NCBI GenBank assembly: GCA_951406725.2
Contig: OX597821.1
Coordinates: 56,854,001 to 56,918,000, forward strand
Origin: Octopus vulgaris
Lineage: Eukaryota
Reading direction: 5' to 3'
Length of the DNA stretch: 64,000 bases
The position numbers and the translations under genes were made by a program. Each line of letters begins with the position of its first letter. Position 1 is the stretch's first letter. Under the pieces are notes generated by a model. It was not told the DNA's origin, searched no databases, and saw only the letters and a list, made by a program, of their open reading frames with translations. Shown in pieces: positions 1-14,172 of the stretch.

Positions 1-6
1 TATATG

Positions 7-8
<2 letters not shown>

Positions 9-91
<83 letters not shown>
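9..91. repeat. (TA)n microsatellite
   Basis: Uninterrupted TA run. Confidence 0.99.
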
Positions 92-93
<2 letters not shown>

Positions 94-2375
94 AGTGTAT
101 GTAATGCGGTAGTTTTGGGAGTTGGTCATTCTTCATAATTAATAGATGAAGGGACGACATAGAAATGGAGGAAATTCTACCTGTGAGAAAGCAAGTAACT
201 AATTTCAGTTATTCCGTTGAAGGGGCAATTATATTTGTGTATATGTGCGTGTGTTGTGTGCGTACGTGTATGTGCATGTGTGTATGTGTGCGTACTTGTG
301 TGTGCGTGTGTGTATGTACGTTCATGTATGTTAATATTCCTTTTTATGTATTATAAATTCTATTTTATTCTACCCGAAAAATTTAAATGCAATGTTGATT
401 ACCAACTTAGAGCAAAGGAGAGAATGGGGTGTGTGCGAACGCGTGAATGTATATATTATTTGCTTTTAATTTTCATAATTTTCAGCTGATTTCACAAACA
501 TAATTATTGTTTTAAGCAAATAATTATTTTGTATTGCTCTCCATTGCACTTTGTATGTAATAAAACACAACGTAAAATACATTTGATTCAATTGTATCGC
601 GGGTGCACCTGAAACCGCACACACTTTTTACAATATTATAAACGTCATCCAGTGAATCTTCAAACGATTAACATATGATTATCGTACTAAAATATACTTT
701 AATTCATAAAACGGATTGTGTGTGGAAAAATTTGTATATAGAATGTAATTTGATGTTACTGGGTGTGGAAATCGAAACCACATCCTCCCGAACTTTTCTG
801 TATATTAGAGTTATGTTGCCGGAATTACACAGATTCTCAGTGATTTTCCAGCCTCTTTGTTTGGAGAATTAATCATTATCCATTTTCTGCACATAAATTT
901 TATAAATATCGCTCATAAATTACACCCAGAAGTAAATAGTAAACGACATTGACACCCGAAATCATTTCTACAGGGTCGATTCTTGATAGAAATTGAAAGC
1001 AGCATGCAGGCCTTTAAAGTACAAGACAATATGTATTATTTCCATTCTACCTAAAGCAGTTGCATGTGAGATACTAAATGCATTGACCACGTATTGTGGT
1101 ACAATGGTAGTGTCTAAAGAAGAAATGGCAACACTCATACGACCTGGTAGCATGCTACAGTTCTCACTATGGCATTCTATATATATTTTTTCAACAAAAC
1201 AATATGAAAAAGCTTCTATTAAGTCACTATTTGGTATACCTAATTGCACTCTACTTTTAAAAAGAAAGAGATTATTTGAAATAACCTGAATGAAAACAAA
1301 AATAGCCATAGTTATATTACTAACATCGCCAATAACCTTGTAACACTCGAAGAAAGAATAAACCATAGTTATAATGGTAACAAGGCCAAAAACGAGCAAC
1401 ACTCAAAGAAAGAATAAACCACTTAAGACTGCGCAAACCTGCCTTACACAGTCTTAAACCTGCCACATATTGAGGCAAACTAACCTCGTTACATAACATT
1501 AGGTGTGGTATTACATTACTTTCAGGATCCGGTGCCGTCTAAGTGCTTACACGGTTAATTATTTTCGAGGGAGGAATAAACTTTTGTCATTCTCCATTTC
1601 TTGTGGACATGCGAGGCAAAACTGCAGACTAATGGTAATCCGAGTTTATTATACACATCCGATTCCAAATTAAGCTATTACTCTTCACTTACATCCCATA
1701 ATAAGGAATTTCCTGTTGCAGACAATAATCTGCGGAGAAAATAATCTAACCTGATCTCATCGGCGAGCGTAAGATATCTTCTGTAGACAAACAATAAAAA
1801 TTTTATTCATTGACGCTCGAATAAAAATTCATTATTTAAATAAGTCCAATTACATTTCTCATTCTTGATATAACTGATATAAATTTACGCAAGTCGATTG
1901 TAGAAACCGAACCGATGGAAAGCATTCTCATCGGAATGAGGATATGATCCAGTTTCAGTTCCCAGTTGAAGTCATTCATATTATTTATACCATCGCTGAA
2001 TGTTACATCAACTCCTTTCCTTTTACTAAAAATGTAAGACTTTGAATCTAATGAAGAGTAACCAATATTTACATGAAACTTGTTTTCAGAAGAGCTGTAT
2101 TACGCTCATATATCATAGGCAGTAATAAATAACTAAGCTGGAATGGAAGAAAATCAGATTACATGCATTGCCGTATTTTAGTCAGATTTCTTTGCATTTT
2201 GCATTCATATCATGCTAAGGTCAATTTGACCTTTTATTCATCCGAGTTAAGTACACAGTCGATTTAATCGCCTGTAAAATACTCAACTAACCCTTTAATC
2301 TTGTACGTAATAAATATCTATTATAGATTTATTGTTCAGATGGGGTGGTTATGTTATTGATATATGGTGCATTTA

Positions 2376-3003
2376 AGGCGGCGAGCTGGCAGAAACGTTA
2401 GCACGCCGGGCGAAATGTCTAGCGGTATTTAGTCTGCCGCTACGTTGAGTTCAAATTCCGCCGAGGTCGACTTTACCTTTCATCCTTTCGGGGTCGATAA
2501 ATTAAGTACCAGTTACGCACTGGGGTCGATGTAATCGACTTAATACCTATGTCTGTCCTTGTTTGTCCCCTCTGTGTTTAGCCCCTTGTGGGTAATAAAG
2601 AAATAGGTATTTAGTATGCCGCTACGTTCTGAGTTCAAATTCCGCCGAGGTCGACTTTACCTTTCATCCTTTCATGATCGATTAAATAAGTACCAGTTAC
2701 GCACTGGGGTCGATATAATCGACTTAATCCGTTTGTCTGTCCTTGTTTGTCTGTCCTTGTTTGTCTGTCCTTGTTTGTCTGTCCATGTTTGTCTGTCCTT
2801 GTTTGTCCTTTCTGTGTTTAGCCCCTTGTGGGTAGTAAAGAAATAGGTATTTCGTCTGTCTTTACGTTCTGGGTTCAAATTCTGCCGAGGTCGACTTTGC
2901 CTTTCATCCTTTCGGGGTCGATAAATTAAGTACCAGTTGCGTACTGGAGCCGATCTAATCGACTAGCCAAAACTTTCGGGCCTTGTGCCTAGAGTAGAAA
3001 AGA
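2376..3003 (+). mobile_element. tRNA-derived SINE (family 1, Meta-domain-like body) with three tandem internal units and a 16-bp TSD
   Basis: Head GGCGGCGAGCTGGCAGAAACGTTAGC and B-box-like GAGTTCAAATTCC. Body CCTTTCATCCTTTCGGGGTCGATAAATTAAGTACCAG occurs 3x (one copy degenerate). Flanked by ATATATGGTGCATTTA at 2360-2375 and 3004-3019. Confidence 0.9.
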
Positions 3004-3592
3004 ATATATGGTGCATTTATATTTGACTCGATTTTCATATCCCAGTCATGTCATTGGTTTCCGTTTTCATGTAACCAGCCATCGGTTCACTGAATTCAGA
3101 ATGGTGAGAGTGACAATAGATTGTGTGTTCAACTGGGTCGGGTGGAATAACATGAGGAGCGTTGTGTGAAGGTATTGGTTTATCAGTTTCTTATTGATGC
3201 TTATATATTTTGCTGATCTTCTTCGAAAGATACATGCGCATATATGTTGGGAAGGGATGGTGACGCAAAATTTTCATCCAAAAAATTTAATTCACAGGAC
3301 ATTGAAGGAATTTTATCCATGGTAGAAGATACTCGCTCAAAATCCTTGAATCGAAGTTGGAGAAACGTGCTTTGTGCTTGGAGAAGAAACCACACAGCCA
3401 TATAGTAACTCTACATTTAAATGAGTTCATATTTTTAATATATCTAACGATATTGCAAACTAACGTAATGCAAGGGATCTCATTTATGGACAATTTCATC
3501 ATAAACAGCATGCAGAAATAACGAGTTCACCCAATGATTTCGTGATAGCCGAATACATGTGTAGTAAGAAGGTTAGATGATGAATGTGTTTT

Positions 3593-3617
3593 GATAGATA
3601 GATAGATAGATAGATAT

Positions 3618-3714
<97 letters not shown>
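3593..3714. repeat. (GATA)n microsatellite
   Basis: Direct inspection. Confidence 0.99.
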
Positions 3715-4197
3715 CAGGCAGACAGACAGACAGACAAAGAAAGAGAGAGAGAGAAGTGATTAATTATATATATAAACCAGATTTTTCCATTTCTCAATTA
3801 TATTTCAGTTTAAACTTGAAAAATATACAAATGTGAATGGTAAATACTGTTTGAATTCAAATAAAATTTCATATATATTGTTATATATATTGTTAGTTAA
3901 AGCAACGAAACTTAATTATATCTACTGAATCTACAAATAGAATATTCAAAATTCACAACTACTTTTCAAGAACAAAAGTTGACTAAGAAACCACAGAGTG
4001 TTTCAGGGTGTTTTTAGAAATTTGATCGTTTTTCAAATATAATATCTGCCACGATTCAATCAGCAGAGGCGGCAGCAGTGATTTCGTTTACAAGATAAAA
4101 TTATCGTATTTCGACAAAACTTAAACGTAATAAATTTCTTATTGACTTGCCCGCTAAATATATTGTGTCTCATCAATATAAACAAATTTTCGACATA

Positions 4198-5419
4198 TCA
4201 GGTTGGGTAAAAAGTAAGCAACGTTTTGAAGCATGAAAAATTTGTACCGAATTTTAGCAGTTTTGAATTTTTTAAACATTTTTTGGCAAGTGTCTGATAA
4301 TAGACGTAAACTTACCCGAATGCTTCAATAAATTAACATTGATATTTTTTCACCGTTGTTACAATCATCTGCAAAGCGCAATATTCGAGAAATTTTGCGA
4401 TTCAACTTCAAAAAAGGAAGTAAAACAGCTGAAACTGCTCGCGATATCAACGAAACGTTTGGTGAGGAAATGATCAGCGAGTAGTCAACTCGAAAATGCT
4501 TTAAACGATTTCGCAGTGGAGACCTAAGCATGGAAGATCGTAACCGTAGTGGACGCCCATCTGTCATCGATGTCGGTCAATTAAACACTGTCATTGAGAA
4601 AGATATAAGTAAAATCACTCGGGAACTGACAGAAGAAAACTGCCTGCAACCATTTGCATGCGATCGGAAAATCAAAAAAGCTAGACAAATGGGAGCCACA
4701 CGATTTGAATGAAAATCAGAAAATGCACAGATATAAAATTTTCTCGTTGCTTCTGCTCCGTAACCAGACCAATCCATTTCTCGACTGTATTGTAATTTGC
4801 GATGAAAAGTAGATTCTGTACAATAATGAAAAAAAACCTTCTTCGCAGTGGTCGGACAAAAATGAAGCACCGAAAACCTTCCCTAAACCCGAGCTTGTTA
4901 AAAAGAAGGTTATCGTGACTGTTTGGTAGTGTACTGCTGGGCTCATCCACTATAACTTCTTAAAACCCGGAAAAACCATTACTTCAGAAACATATTGCCA
5001 TGAAATTGCCAGACAGGTGAACAGAAGAGAGCCAACCATTCTTCATGACAATGTTCGGCCACACCTTTCACTAATGACCATCTAGAATTTGAGGGAACTT
5101 GGCTACGAAGTTCTTTCCCACCCATCTTATTGCCCAGACTTTTCTCCTATCGACTACCACTTTTCCAAGCACCTTAATGGTTTTCTGCGAGAAAAGGAGC
5201 TCAAAAATCAAACCGACGCTGAAAGTGCGCTCAAAGAGTTCATCAACTCCAGAACTCCAGATTTTCTATGTTACCGGAATAAACAAATTTGTAACTCGTT
5301 GGCAAAAATGTGTTGATTGTAATGGTACTTACTTTGGTGAATAAATTTTTTGCATTGTTGAAGTGTAGTGTGATGAATTTCATGTTTTCAAAACGTTGAT
5401 TACTTTTTACTCAGTCGGA
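4198..5419 (+). mobile_element. Mariner DNA transposon, near full length, inactive
   Basis: Imperfect ~40-bp TIRs (TCAGGTTGGGTAAAAAGTAAGCAACGTTTTGAA / TTCAAAACGTTGATTACTTTTTACTCAGTCGGA). TA on both flanks (4196-4197, 5420-5421). Confidence 0.95.
4375..5344 (+). pseudogene. Mariner transposase pseudogene (stops and frameshifts)
   Basis: Motifs FKRFRSGD..RSGRP, WEPHDL (WVPHEL-like), ICDEK*, LHDNVRPH, YCPDFSPIDYHF (YSPDLAP.D-like) and RWQKCVDCNGTYF, spread over several frames. Confidence 0.93.
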
Positions 5420-7910
5420 TAGAAGTAGTTGTTTTGGTTGTTGTTGTTGTTGTTGTTGTCCAACTCTCATTGAGTAGACATTTGATCAAATATCCCGCTT
5501 TTTCAGAGTATCTATATTTTTGAAAATGTCAATCCATTTTTTAAGATGGTAGTATATGAATTGAGGTAGATTTGAGTGTTGTTGCTACAGAATATCACTA
5601 ATGTCATTTGTTTTGATAACCAACGCAATAATGCTTTCGTTCTTGAACTTCATTTTTCTGATATTCTGTTTCCTTCATTCTGACAGAGTTTAAAAATAAG
5701 GAACAAATTGTCTTGTCACTGTTATAATCGTAACGAAATAGGTTACGGTAATTTTAAAATAAAGTAAAGAGTATACTTATAACTGCATAAAAGAACCCCC
5801 AGTTCGAAAAAAATCTTTGAACTTTGACCTTTTATTCACATTCTTCTTTCATTCCCGTTTCCCAATGGTGTCCAAATAAGTTCAATAATCTAAATCTTGA
5901 TTTTCAGGCTTCCTTAATCAGTAAATATATTTTCATCTTCAAATATTTTTCTACTGTTTTGCTTCTAGAATCCTTCATAACTGCTTTGTATTAAATAAAT
6001 ACCTTATTAGATAAAACAATTAAGAATGTTTATATCATTGGCTAAATTTATATTATGTTTCCGCTTATAATACATTCGAATTACAGAAATTCTATACATA
6101 TTTTCCCGACCTCCACGAAAAGATGGCTATCGTGAAGAAACCATTATTTTTGTACGTGGTTGCTATGTTACGATATTAATCTTGATAATCAATACTTAGT
6201 TATGTTCAATGCTGCTAAATATGAGACAAGTTATCGGCGTATACGATTGTAACATGGTTTCTATTCTCTCCTGTAATGTGCTGGCTACAACTAAGTAGTC
6301 ATGTAGCGGTCGTTTACGTATTACAATCAGCATTATTGACTCAAACCACAGAGATTAATTTGCTGCTAGAAATAGCAATAAATTTCTTCAATCCTTACCA
6401 CGCCATATTATGACAAGAAGATTATATTATTTATTTGTTCTCCATCTCTCCCTCTCTTCCCTACTATGATACCACCATCAATACTCTCCTCTAGCCACAT
6501 CTTGTACATTTACATTTTTCTCTCAACACATGCTCATACTCTATTTCTACATATGTAATTGGGTTGACTCGAGACTATATTCTACCTTATATTTACCTTC
6601 TATCATGATAATATTTGTAATCACTTATATCTGTCTCTATTAAAAATGAAAATCGTACCTACTCTCACTTACAGATTATATTCATTTGCTTGTATACTTT
6701 AATTGTTATTAGAAGTTGTACATTGTTGGAGTCTAAATGTAACCCAAGTCATTATTAATGACAATACGTGTTAATCTTCATTGAACGATATCAAGGTCAG
6801 AAAATGGAACGACAAATATCTTTCGTATTGTTTGTTTTATACCTACCAAAGCAACTTTGTTAGTTCTAGTTGACTGCAATATGTTTAATAATTTCTTAAT
6901 GCGCAGCTCTAATTTAAACGTGGAAGATTGAAGGAGTGCTAAAGACCAGGTCAGACGTGCAACCAGATAAGATCAAATAGGGTCTCTCCTTTGCCTTAGA
7001 TTTTTTCTGCCAAACAATGAAGTCCTGAAAGCTTTGGTTGGGATGGCTTGTTTGAAAAAAAAAACTCACTGTGTACCGGAGAAGATTGTCAAAACAATAT
7101 TCTTTGAAATGATAAAGCTTGCCATCGAACAAAAGGAAGCAAATAAAATCCTTGATATTCTTGTCTTCAATAACGTCATTGCAAACTGATGAGGTTTCCT
7201 TATCTAGTTAGTAAATGAGATGAAATGATTTTCATTACTCTCAACACGTATGAAACGACTAACGTCTAAGACATGAACCAATTAATTCTGTCTATCTGAT
7301 GCCTGCTTGATGATGCCTTAAAAGATAAATTGTTTTGTAAACCATTGATAATCACTATCAAAGATGTTGATATTTTCTGTTTCCTTCACAATTGTTTTGA
7401 ACGTAATAAGTCTTTTTGATCATGCAAGTGTCTATGTGTAATGACGGTGAATCAATTATGATTGAACCCAATTCTAGTTTTACAGCTCTGACAAAGGAGA
7501 GGATACATCACAATAGGCAATTTCAGTGAATTCTTTACCGACCAAATTTAAACAGAATTGTATATTTCATTCGACGCAAAGATCTCAGTCATAGAAGTTC
7601 TAATTATTTCCATTAGGAATTAAAAAGTAAGCAGCAATTTCTGCTTTTTCATACTGTTGGGCATTGGCTATCACGGGACTAAGTTTTGTAGTGAATCGAA
7701 ATTATGCTTGAGGATATTGTTACTTCTCTCTGAAAACATATAGACGATAAAGCAGAAAAGTCTGAGAACCATAAATTAAACTTGTTGCCTAAAAGTCAGA
7801 CACGTGCAAGTATTTGGATAACTTCAACATAGTAATGGAGAGGCCAAAATCAAGTAGACTACGATATCTTGATAAGATTCGGGAATCAACGATAAAAGTT
7901 CTAATTTAGA

Positions 7911-8330
7911 ACTCTTTTACTCTTTTTACTCTTTTACTTGTTTCAGTCATTTGACTGCGGCCATGCTGGAGCACCGCCTTTAGTCGAGCAAATCGACCCC
8001 GGGACTTATTCTTTGTAAGCCCAGTTCTTATTCTATCGGTCTCTTTTGCCGAACCGCTAAGTGACGGGGGCGTAAACACACCAGCATCGGTTGTCAAGCA
8101 ATGCTAGGGAGACAAACACAGACACACAAACACATACACACACATACACATATATATATACATATATACGACAGGCTTTTTCAGTTTCCGTCTACCAAAT
8201 CCACTCACAAGGCATTGGTCGGCCCGGGGCTATAGCAGGAGACACTTGCCCAAGATGCCACGCAGTGGGACTGAACTCGGAACCATGTGGTTGGTTAGCA
8301 AGCTACTTACCACACAGCCACTCCTGCGCC
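7911..8330 (-). mobile_element. tRNA-derived SINE family 2, full length
   Basis: Minus-strand head GGCGCAGGAGTGGCTGTGTGG..GAGTTCAGTCCC, internal TA/TG tract and (TAAAAGAG)n tail. Near-identical to 34107-34506 and 49717-50109. Confidence 0.92.
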
Positions 8331-10022
8331 TATATGCGCCAAATTTTAAAAAGAACATTAATTTCTCTTCGTTTCTTTTGATTATCAAAAATCATTAGAG
8401 AATAGTTGGGAATCGATCCATCGTTGAAAGAAGGAATAAGTAAATATATGTCGGAGTTTCAGAATACGTGGAAGAAGTGCCTTGAAAAGCGGCTACAAGA
8501 AAAACAAAGTAACAGAGCCAGCAAACATATTTTCCAATTCCTTTCCTTGACAGATATCTGGTTAAAGCAGCTAACTGTATAACCTCAATTTCAAAGATAG
8601 TATAAGACTCGTTATTTCTGATCTACATTTTCTTCTAAACTGCATATCAAAGCTAAAATAATCAACAAAAAGGAATCGAACGAATTATGACATAACATTG
8701 ACACTGACAAGTACTAAAGCAAAAACTAAACACAGAGAATCTAGGCGAAACTATGGAACAAGAGTCAAACGCTGTTTGTTTTAACTTTATGGAAGCCACA
8801 CTCTTATTTGAAGTTTAACATGCGATGATTGTTGTTTTCTTGAAGATGCTTGTTAACTGACTACATTTCTTTACGTGATCCATTTTTATTTATTTGTCTA
8901 TTTATTTCGCTTTCTACAAATTCAGATGAAATTTCACCAGCCTTTATATCATAATTTGACTAGCTATCAAGGGGTGCTCACTCAGTAAAAGGCTAGGAAA
9001 TGCTATTTTACAATAACAAATCCTGTGAAGACCAGATCTGTTAGTATATCGTAAACACTATGGTTCTACCGTTTATTTCAAAGACTCGTGATAAGAGAAA
9101 TATGAAATTCTTTCAGTTACTGTTCTAAAATTTAGAGAAAAGATTTAGTTTAAATATTTTAAAAGGCATACCAATTTGGGAATATCCCGTAACACTGCAG
9201 TTTTATGGTGGCTTCAGTAAAGCAATGTTTTTCATTTTTGACTGTAGCACTGCAGAAATCATATAAAAAATACTCGCTTTCTTCATATAGACATTAAAAT
9301 ACCACTAGAACTTTTACTTTAATGTTTGCCAATGGTTGTACTCTTTAATGAGATTCTTTTATATGTAACTGAAGTTGTTGTTTAGGTCTGAATCAGCCTT
9401 GTTCAAGAATATTTAAGATTAATTATGTCTATCCCATTTTTTTGTATATACAATGGTTATATACACCATAATGTCTCTTCAGGATTTATGAGTAGAATCG
9501 TTTGTTGTAGTGACTCTCAAGCGATGTACTTCAATGTTAATGTGCTGCAGATTTATTAAAAATTTAAACCCTTTGGAAAATCCCTCCCAAAATCGTGAAC
9601 GTCATTAACAATTTTGTTATTAACATTTATAATTAATAAAACCGAATAATGGTTTGCGCTATATTCTTCTAAAAGTTAATATCGAAACAGTTTTATAACG
9701 CCTATGCAAAAAAGTATTTTTGATGTGATCTCCACTGTATCACAAAATCAAAAAGTAGAGCCGCTGCTGGAATAACCTGAAAATCGTAACATAACAATCT
9801 TCTGTACTTTTCATATGGTGTGACCCTTCACTATTTTAAGATGCAAAGTTACTGCTTAATCTCTAATTCTTATGTACTTTGAGATGCTTGCATTAAATAT
9901 TTACATTGGATATCAGAGCAGTAATTAAATCAAAGTATTTCATATTTGTCTTGCTGTGGCTCTTGTTGTGATTCTTTAAACTGCAAAGCTTTGGTGTTTA
10001 CATTATACCAGCAGATATAATC

Positions 10023-10080
<58 letters not shown>

Positions 10081-11024
10081 TTGGAAGTGAATATATATCT
10101 ACAGTGTTGTTTTTGCTGCTTTTTATATTTTTTCAATAGCATTCTGAACGTTCGGTTTTTCTTTTCAAATTTATAAAGAAAAATTCCTGAAATCATTCCC
10201 AGCAAGGCTTCCAACTAATTTTTTTAATACCCGCGACTACGAAACGGTGTTCTAGAAAACTGTTTGATTAAATAGTTTGATTATTATTTTGAAGACATGT
10301 AAAAATCTAAATGTGGCATTCGGCAAGTTTTTGAAACTTTTAGTGGATAACACATGTTATGCTTCTACACACCACGTTCTAGGGATACGATTTGTTATAT
10401 TTTACTGATGCACTCTTTCACATCATTAAAGACCAACCGTGATCCCAGTGTATAGTATTATTTTGTTGCTTTGTTGTAAGCTTAGAGCTTACTTTCTAGG
10501 ATGTGTTACTCATAAATTATATTCTTATCTTATATGTTATATTGGATTTCATTTATGGCTGGCCTGTCCCAAAATCATTTTCAGTGTATCATATCAAACT
10601 ATCAGCATGTTTCACTTATCACATTACAGTTACCATGGAATTTTGGAATTGAAAAATGTCTGTTTTGAAAACTTATTTATCTGGTCAATTATAGATTTAT
10701 TTATTTATTTATTTATTTATTTTGACTGTAGACACTTATGCAGTTTCTCTTCATGAATTCATACCTCAATTAAAAGGAAAGCTGTTTTTATTCGTTCGTG
10801 GTTTTTGTCGAGTTCATTTATCATTTATTTCCAATACTATTCTATTTTCAGAAATCTATTTTATTTACAGAAATCCAATATATTTTTACATATCATCCTT
10901 TTAAATGTTGCACTCTAAATTCTGTAGATAATTTTTCTGTTTTATTTTTTAATTAATTTTTGACAAAATTATTGTTGTAATTGTTGTTACCGTTACTGCT
11001 GCTATTATTGTTGATAAATGTATT

Positions 11025-12200
11025 AAACTTAGATAAACTTAGATATGTTTCGACCAAAGATTGGTCCAGACCATGTCTAATTTAATAGCACCACCTGATA
11101 GGATTATTCGAATCCTGTTAAAGTCAAGTTTTGTTTAAGTCAAATTTTGTTCAAGTAGTGAGTTCTTGTTGGATGAGTTGTATCCAATTATGGGTGGCTT
11201 ATCTGGTATTCTTTGAAGGAATCTATCCAGACTCTGTTTAAAGTTGATGGGATCCTTTTCCTCTTTGATCTCCCTCGGGACAATGTTAAATAGGGCAGGG
11301 CCTGTTGAGGAAAAGAAATTATGTTGCAGTGTACATGTATGTTGTGATCTTGAATTGGGCAGGGGACGTATAGCCCGTGGTCCAAGTCTTGGATGAACCT
11401 TGAAGCTAATGTTTAGGTCGTTTGGGCAAAGTTGGCGGTATATTTTCCACATCGTACAAATGATGTACCGCTCACGGCGACGCTGGAGGGAGTAAAGTTT
11501 CAAGGCTTTAAGGCGATCCCAATAGTCGAGAGCAGCCATGCCTTCAATTTGTTTAGTGAGAGTCCTCTGGGGTGACTCAATTCTGGAGATGTTTTGTCTT
11601 GTGTGAGGAGACCACAGTGGACAGCAGTATTCAAGGTGTGGCCGTACAAAGGAGGAAAAAAGTGGTATGATGACACCTTGTTCTCTGGACCGGAAAGTTC
11701 GTAAGATCCAGGAACTCATCCTACGAGCTATATCCTTCTTGTTGATGTGTGCACTCCAACTGAGATCGTCATCAACAATTACACCCAGGTCTCTGATATT
11801 GTTAGAGGCTGTGAGCGGTTCCCCTGAAGGAAGAGAGTATGGTTGTTTTAGTGAGGAATTTCTTCCAAAATGCATCAGCTCAAATTTTCCCTCATTCAGT
11901 TGCATTTTGTTTCTGTCTGCCCATTGACTCACAGCATATAGTCAGACTGGAGTTGAGTTCGGTCTGCTTCTTCATTGACGATTTGCTGGAGCTTAGTGTC
12001 ATCAGCGAATATTTTCACTTTGCAGTAATGTACGACACTGGAAAGGTCGTTTACGTAAATTATGAAGAGTAGCGGACCCAAAACAGTTTCCTGGGGAACA
12101 CTGCTGGTGACTTTTGCTGGGTTTGAGTGGACTCCATCAACTACAACATGTTGTGTTCTATTCGCCAGGAAATACTTAATCCAGTGTAGAACTTTTCGGG
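11025..12200 (-). mobile_element. 5'-truncated CR1/L2-group LINE: RT C-terminal half, 3' UTR and tandem tail
   Basis: SSVPQETVLGPLLFIIYVNDL, IFADDTK, RDLGV, VRPHLEYCCPLWSPH, YWDRLKALKLYSLQRRRER. Frameshift near 11930. 3' stem-loop GACCA-ATCTT-TGGTC and tail (ATCTAAGTTT)x2. Confidence 0.93.
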
Positions 12201-12954
12201 ATCTCTGCGTAAGAATTTGCTTATTAGTATATCTAGATAAATTTTTCATTGCTATTGTCTGTTATTTACCTTTTGTTAATCTAGCCAAAACGCAGAGGGG
12301 CTGCTTAGCCTTTTCGTTTCTTGTACATTTGGAACAAAATTTGAATTATACTCTATCATTTCTTTGCCCGTTATACAAATGTGTAGGGTGATGATCTCTT
12401 TAACAAACAGACAGCTAAACAAAGAACGGGAGGTGGTTTTGAAAGGAGAATAGAACCTAACATTGAGTCTCTCTTCTTCTGTCAATCAATGAATGAATAT
12501 TTTGACCTCTGCAAAATACAAAATCTAAAAATTGCACCATCGTTACTGCAACGATTCTATTCATCAGCAGCAACAACAATAACATTAACAAGTACAACTA
12601 CCACAGGAACATTCCTAACAAAGATGAATATCAATGACCTGTCAAATTCTACCGCAAGAGTTGGACGTATCGACAAGAGCAATAATGTAACAGCAGCAGC
12701 GGAAGCAGTATTAATAACTCAGAAACCAAGATCGAGCGTATTGTTAACACAACAACCATTCATCATCATCAAACCACCACCACCACCACCGCAGTAACAG
12801 TAGCTTCAACAACAACAACAACGGCAATATAAATAACAAGGCAGGCGAAGAAATATGTGGCATCGCGGTAAGTACCACATCAGCACATCGTCGATAGCTG
12901 AAAATTAAATGGTTATGCTACGACGACTAATAATTCTAATAATGCCACTACTAT

Positions 12955-13218
12955 AACTATTTCAAATGTGACCATTGACATCACCAGATCACATCAGCAG
13001 GCGTGGCAACAGATATCATCCAGATCTCTTTGGCAGCTAAACAACTATTTCAAATGTGACCAGTTACAACACCAGATCACATCAGCAGGCGTGGCAACAG
13101 ATATCATCCAGATCTCTTTGGCAGCTAAACAACTATTTCAAATGTGACCACTTACAACACCAGATCACATCAGCAGGCGTGGCAACAGATATCATCCAGA
13201 TCTCTTTGGCAGCTAAAC
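12955..13218. repeat. Minisatellite, 3 x 88 bp
   Basis: Unit AACTATTTCAAATGTGACCA..CACCAGATCACATCAGCAGGCGTGGCAACAGATATCATCCAGATCTCTTTGGCAGCTAAAC starts at 12955, 13043 and 13131. Confidence 0.97.
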
Positions 13219-14100
13219 TTACCAATTTAAAATACCTAATAAATACCTAATAAAAATCTGCTTAACACCTAATAAAAATCAGCCAACGAGGAGTTACATT
13301 ATAAGTGACCGAGCGACTTATGGAAAAGACTTCCACAAGAACAATACTTTACAAGGGTACGTTGGTCGAAAACCATAACGAGAAAATAACCATGCATGTC
13401 CAAGAAGAAAGGTGTTTGCGATGAATATAAGCGGACATGAAGTTAATCACTAAGATCCAATAATTCTGCACTTTAAGAAAAATTTCTCAATGAAGCCTTC
13501 AAAGTAAAGCATTCCATTGCTCTCTGTGGGAATAAGGAATTTGTCCTTGTTTCCACTTATTTGAGAAGGCAGCTAATGAGGTTAAAGATACTCAGAGTAC
13601 AACCAGAGCTGAATATTTGGTGGGTGCCTTCTCCCAGAGAGAAGTAAAACTCTCCTAAACGTTAAAAATCTTGTCAAAAGAACTGATTCAGAATCGAGAT
13701 GAAACGATCCAGCGGAATGGGGCAAAATTCTATGATCCAGCGGAGGGCAGAAGGCCCAGGTCCTACATGTATGGTGATGCCAATGCCCTGAAAATTTTCA
13801 GTATTATTAACAAAACATGGGGAACAATGTCGCTAACATCTGCAACAGTATCTCCCAAAACCGATTTTTAAAAATCCACAAAAGATGGCTTTTACCGCTC
13901 AAATCACTCAAACTAGAACGGAGAGGCTGAAAACTAGAAAACTGTCCCCATACAAAGAGGATGAAAAGGCTAAAAAAAAGGGGACAAAACAATTCAGCCC
14001 TCACAAAACGCAGCAGGGAGATTTGAATGTAGAAGACTTGAAGATAGTACAATAGAAACATCAACACCACCGACACTAGTACAACCAACACCACCTCACA

Positions 14101-14172
14101 AACATGAGCATCACCATAACATGAGCACTACCACAACATGAGCACCACCAGAAAACATGAGCAAGCACCACA
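14101..14172. repeat. Short tandem repeat, ~17 bp x4
   Basis: AACATGAGCA(T/C)..CCA units. Confidence 0.85.

Noticed and set aside
3230-3520. Possible Merlin/IS1595-like transposase relic (NSQDIEG, LHLNEFIF)
   Set aside because: Only two weak motifs and no TIRs found.
6914-7200. LLFDGKLYH resembling a PLE RT, with CTGATGA at ~7186
   Set aside because: No flanking RT motifs and no GAAA or stems completing an HHR.
12955-13218. CRISPR-like array
   Set aside because: Head-to-tail tandem repeat without unique spacers, no cas genes, eukaryotic context.
13300-14100. Possible decayed Tx1 ORF1
   Set aside because: Position fits, but no intact zinc knuckle or continuous frame could be read.
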